The position numbers were made by a program, and so were the translations under genes. This document shows positions 59,295 through 64,000 of a stretch of DNA of 64,000 nt, piece by piece (within the stretch, counting starts at the first letter, position 1; each line of letters begins with the position of its first letter). Source of the stretch: Mobula hypostoma. Lineage: Eukaryota. The stretch lies in the NCBI RefSeq assembly GCF_963921235.1, contig NC_086129.1, forward strand, positions 42,098,001-42,162,000, in the 5' to 3' direction. Under the pieces are notes generated by a model. That model saw only the letters and a list, made by a program, of their open reading frames with translations. It did no database searches and was not told where the DNA came from.

Positions 59295-61395
59295 ATTGGA
59301 AACATAGAAGCATAGAAAACCTACAGCACAATACAGGCCCTTCGGCCCACAAAGCTGTGCCAAACATGTCCTTACCTGAGAAATTACCTAGGGTTACCCA
59401 TAGCCCTCTATTTTTCTGAGCTTCATATACCTGTCCAGGAGTCTCTTAAAAGACCCTATCATATCCACCTCCACCATCGTCGCTGGTAGCCCATTCCACG
59501 CACTCACCACCCTCTGTGTAAAAAAAACTTACCCCTGCTATCTCCTCTGTACCTACTTCCAAGCACCTTAAAACTATGCCCTCTCATGCTAGCCATTTCA
59601 GCCCTGGGAAAAAGCCTCTGACTATCCACACGATCAATGCCTCTCATCAACTTACACACCTCTATCAGGTCACCTCTCATCCTCCATCGCTCCAAGGAAA
59701 AAAGGCTGAGTTCACTCGACCTATTCTCATAAGGCATGCTCCCCAATCCAGGCAACATCCTTGTAAATCTCCTCTGCACCCTTTCTATAGTTTCCACATC
59801 CTTCCTATCGTGAGGCGACCAGAACTGAGCACAGTACTCCAAGTGGGGTCTGACCAGGGTCCTATATAGCTGCCACTTTATCTCCTGGCTCCTAAACTCA
59901 ATCCCACGATTGATGAAGGCTAATGCACCGTATGCTTTCTTAACCACAGAGTCAACTTGCGCAGCAGCCTTGAGTGTCCTATGGACTTGGACCCCAAGAT
60001 CCCTCTGATCCTCCACACTGTCAAGAGTCTTACCATTAATACTACATTCTGGCATCATATTTGACCTACCAAAATGAACCACTTCACACTTATCTGGGTT
60101 GAATCCATCTGCCACTTCTCAGCCCAGTTTTGCATCCTATCAATGTCCCACTGTAACCTCTGACAGCCCTCCACACTACTAAACAACACCTCCAAACTTT
60201 GTGTCATTAGCAAATTTACTAACCCATCCCTCCACTTCTTCATCCAGGAAATTTATAAAAATCATGAAGAGTAGGGGTCCCAGAACTGATCCCAGAGGCA
60301 CACTATTGGCGATCGACCTCCATGCAGAATATGACCCGTCTACAACCACTCTTTGTCTTCTGTGGGCAAGCCAGTTCTGGATCCACAATGCAATGTCCCC
60401 CTGGATCCCATGCCTCCTTACTTTCTCAATAAGCCTTGCATGGGGTACCTTATCAAGTGCCTTGCTGAAATCCATATACATTTCATCTACTGCTCTACCT
60501 TCATCAATGTGTTTAGTCACATCCTCAAAAAATTCAATCAGGCTCGTAAGGCATGACGTTCCCATGACAAAGCCATGCTGACTATGCCTAATCATATTAT
60601 GCCTCTCCAAATGTTCATAAATACTGCCTCTCAGGATCTTTTCCATCAACTTACCAACCACTGAAGTAAGACTCACTGGTCTATAATTTCCTTGGCTATT
60701 TCTACTACCTTTCTTGAATAATGGGACAACATCCATAACCCTCCAATCCTCTGGAACCTCTCCCGTCCCGATTGATGATGCAAAGATCATTGCCAGAGGC
60801 TCAGCAATCTCCTCCCTCGCCTCCCACAGTAGCCTGGCGTACATCTCATCCAGTCACAGTGACTTATCCAACTTGATGCTTTCCAAGAGCTTCTGCACAT
60901 CCTCTTCCTTAATATCTACATGCTCGAGCTTTTCAGTCCATTGTAAGTCATCCCTACAATCGCCAAGATCCTTTTCCGTGGTGAATACTGAAGCAAAGTA
61001 CTCATTAAGTACCTCTGCTATTTCCTCCAGTTCCATACACACTTTTCCACTGTCACACCTGATTGGTCCTATTCTCTCATGTCTAACTTCTTGCTCTTCA
61101 CAGACTTGTAGAATGCCTTGAGGTTTGCCTTAATCCTGTCCGCCAAGGCCTTCTCATGACCCCTTCTGGCTCTCCTAATTTCTTTCTTGAGCTCCTTCCT
61201 GCAAGCCTTATAATCTTCCAGATCTCTATCAGTAGCAAGCTTTTAGAGCCTTTCGTAAGCTTTTCGCTTCTTGTTGACTAGATTTACAACAGCCTTTGTA
61301 CACCACGGTTCCTGTACCCTACCATCCTTTCCCTGTCTCATTGGAATGTACCTATGCAGAACTCCACGCAAATATCCGCTGAACATTTGCCACAT
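59295..61395 (-). mobile_element. 5'-truncated CR1 LINE
   Basis: ORFs 60179-60844 and 59504-60115 (NYRPVSLTSVVGK, DFSKALDKVPH, KFANDTK, YRTLVRPHLEYCAQFW); (TTTCTATG) tail. Confidence 0.92.
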
Positions 61396-64000
61396 TTATC
61401 CTGTGATTAGGCTAGGATTAAATCAGGGGTTTGCTCAGTGTCGCAGCACCAAAGGCCAAAAGGACCTATTTCTGCACTGTATCCCAATAAAATTTAAAAA
61501 AATAGAAAATAAGTCTGAGCACCTTCCACCTGGTGTTTTTTTTTCTCCACAGATGCTGATTATGTCCAGCAGATGGAGCTGCTATCAGCTTCTGCAAAAG
61601 TGTCTGCATTTCTATGGTACTTTCCTTGACCTCAGGAGATTCCGAAATGCTTGATGGCTTACAATATAATTTATAAGTGAAACACAGCAGCTAATTTGCA
61701 CACAGCAAGGTTATGTAGACATGAGTGTGATAATAATCAAATAGCCTAGATATTCATTCCCAATGCGTTGGAATTGCTACATGGTTACTTCCCTACTTCC
61801 AAAATTAGATTAACTACCATAGACTAACCAAATAACTGGGTATAATCTCTAAACGATTTTGTTTTATTGCTGCTAGTTAAGATATAATGATTGGCCAGGA
61901 ACCATGGAACGGACCTCTGTGCTCTTCTCCAAAGAGTAAGTGGAATTTTTTATATTCAGCTGTGAATTACTATCTCTCTGGAAAGGCTGCAAGACCACAT
62001 GATTCCCTGAGTACTGCACTTTGAGCATCAAATTAGATTATCTCAGACCTCAGACCTGAACCACTTTGGAGACAGATTCATGGGGACAAATAGTGCTTCT
62101 TCCTCGGATTTTTTTTCAAAATGTTCATATTTTTATACTTTAACATTAAGAGTCACAGAGTACTACAGCACAGGAATAGGCCCATTGGCCCATCTAGTCC
62201 ATGCCGACCTGATCTTTTGCCTAGTCGCATCTACCCATACCTGGACGATACCCCTCCATTACCCTCCCATCCAACCTACCCAAATTTCTCTCAAATGTTG
62301 AAATCGAACCAGCATCCATCACTTCCGCTGGCAGCTTGTTTATCTATTTATTAAGAGATACAGCACAATAACCAGGCCCTTCTGGCCCAATGCCACACCA
62401 CCCGTTATGCCTATGAAACCAATTAATCCACTAACCCGTCCTTTGGAACATGGGATGTTATAATTGAAGTACATATATCACTTCCACTGGCGACTCGTTC
62501 CACACTCGTGAACCAGTGTGGAAGAGTGAACCAACTTACAGTGACTTGTTTTTATCTCATCAAGTTATTTATAAAAGCTAATTAATTAATTGGATAGCCA
62601 GGCAAACCTTGTCACAAGCTGCCTGTTAATAGGACAGATAGATTTTTAGCAGTGATGCACATATTCCGTTAATTCCCAGGGGCTTTGTCAAATATTTGAC
62701 ACAATTCCACAGAAAGAAATACAAGGACAAATAACCAAAAGCTTAGTTAAAGAGGAAGGATGATGGAGAGGTTTAGGGTAAGTGCTTCAGGTTTAGACTG
62801 CAAAAGGCATGATGAAAACTGTGATTGCAATGGAGGGCAGATTTGAAAGTTCAAATCATAAACATGAGAACACACAAGTGCACCGACAGCAGATGCTGGA
62901 AATCTTGAGGAACACACATGAACTGCTAGAGAAATTCAGCTGGCCAGGCAGCACCTATGGAGAGGAATAAACAATTGACATTTTGGTTCAAAACTGGAAA
63001 GGAAGGGGAAAGAAGCCAGAATAAGAAGATTGAGGGAAGGGAAGGAGTACAAGCTGGCAGGTGATAGATGAGAGCCCCTGAGGGGGAAGATGAGTCGGTG
63101 CAGGAGGGGGGATGAAGTGAGAAGTAGGGAGGTTGTAGGTGAAGGAGGTAAATACCTGAAGAGGAGGGAATCTGATAGGACTGGAGAGTGGGAAGGAGGA
63201 ACAACCATGGGAGAAAAAGGAAAAAGGAGGGGACCATTTCCTGTCTATCCCTCTCCAGTCCAGAAGAACTCACTATATGCAATGAGTCAGTAAAAAATAG
63301 AAAATCTTCAACTGGCCCATAGACTCAGGGCACATCAACTCCACTGCATGTTAAATCCTCCCCATTTCAAAAAGGTCTTGGTAGGACCTGATGTAACAAC
63401 CCCACAACTAAATTGCCACACCCAAAAACACTGAAGAAAGCCACAGATGGGTAATGATTGTAAATTCCCCTGAAGACCCATAAAAACTGTCCCTGCCTTT
63501 GAAGCTACAAGATACTGCAGATGCTGGAAATGTGGAGCAATCACAAAGCAATGAAGGAACTCGGGGTGCCTTTGAAGACTGGATTGCACATATAGCTCAA
63601 TAACATTTACCACAGATGGTTCTGTAACAATAACTATCTCTCTCTCCTGGATGGGCCACAGAAGGGTCTACATTTGAAAACATAAACAGGCATTTCGTTT
63701 CCGGGCCAGTTTCCCAAATATAGAAACACGGGAAAGGAAGAAAGTGATGGCGAGGATAGAAGCTATACTTAATTAACCATTTTCCCCCTTCACAGATCAA
63801 TTTGGCATTTCGGCGCTATTTTCTTGCACAAATTTTAGCAATGGTACAGGAATTAATCTTTCATTCCTTCTGTAGAGACCCTGTCAGAGCATGTAGTCAT
63901 TCACGGCCACTCAAAGGAAGATTCAAGGAGAAGAGTTAGTGTGCGTTTGCTTTTTTTTTATTGCAGCTGACTGCAGCACTAGGTAGCTTTCCTGGAGAAA

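Noticed and set aside
61904-61941. ATGGAACGG...AGA|GTAAGT apparent plus-strand first exon
   Set aside because: It lies in a degenerate SINE tail, and no downstream exons support it.
139-64000. The many 60-180 aa ORFs in the track (for example 590-1117, 7525-7981, 8490-8924, 49691-50221)
   Set aside because: They are antisense or off-frame readings of repeats or low-complexity sequence, with no protein motifs.

Overview
Repeat-dense vertebrate genomic DNA; the repeat families suggest a cartilaginous fish such as a ray (inference). One host gene is supported: SCN2B (voltage-gated sodium channel beta-2 subunit) on the minus strand. Coding exons 2, 3 and 4 lie at 39050-39216, 32121-32331 and 30421-30620, with canonical GT-AG sites and phases 1/0/1. 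The signal-peptide exon 1 was not found. Nearly all other ORFs in the track are pieces of transposable elements or chance ORFs: many CR1 LINE fragments, Rex1/Babar fragments, tRNA-derived SINEs, Penelope-like fold-back elements carrying minimal hammerhead motifs, a decayed Gypsy element with PNMA-like gag, solo LTRs, hAT elements and an R4/Dong fragment. The most notable observation is a candidate HDV-like self-cleaving ribozyme at the 5' end of a complete, TSD-flanked 560-bp non-coding retroelement (7534-8093, minus). It matches the HDV core almost position by position but carries an extra hairpin inserted in loop L3. A second oddity is a double perfect hairpin created by a templated insertion in the R4/Dong fragment (52087-52153). 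All calls are by eye; no searches or folding programs were run.
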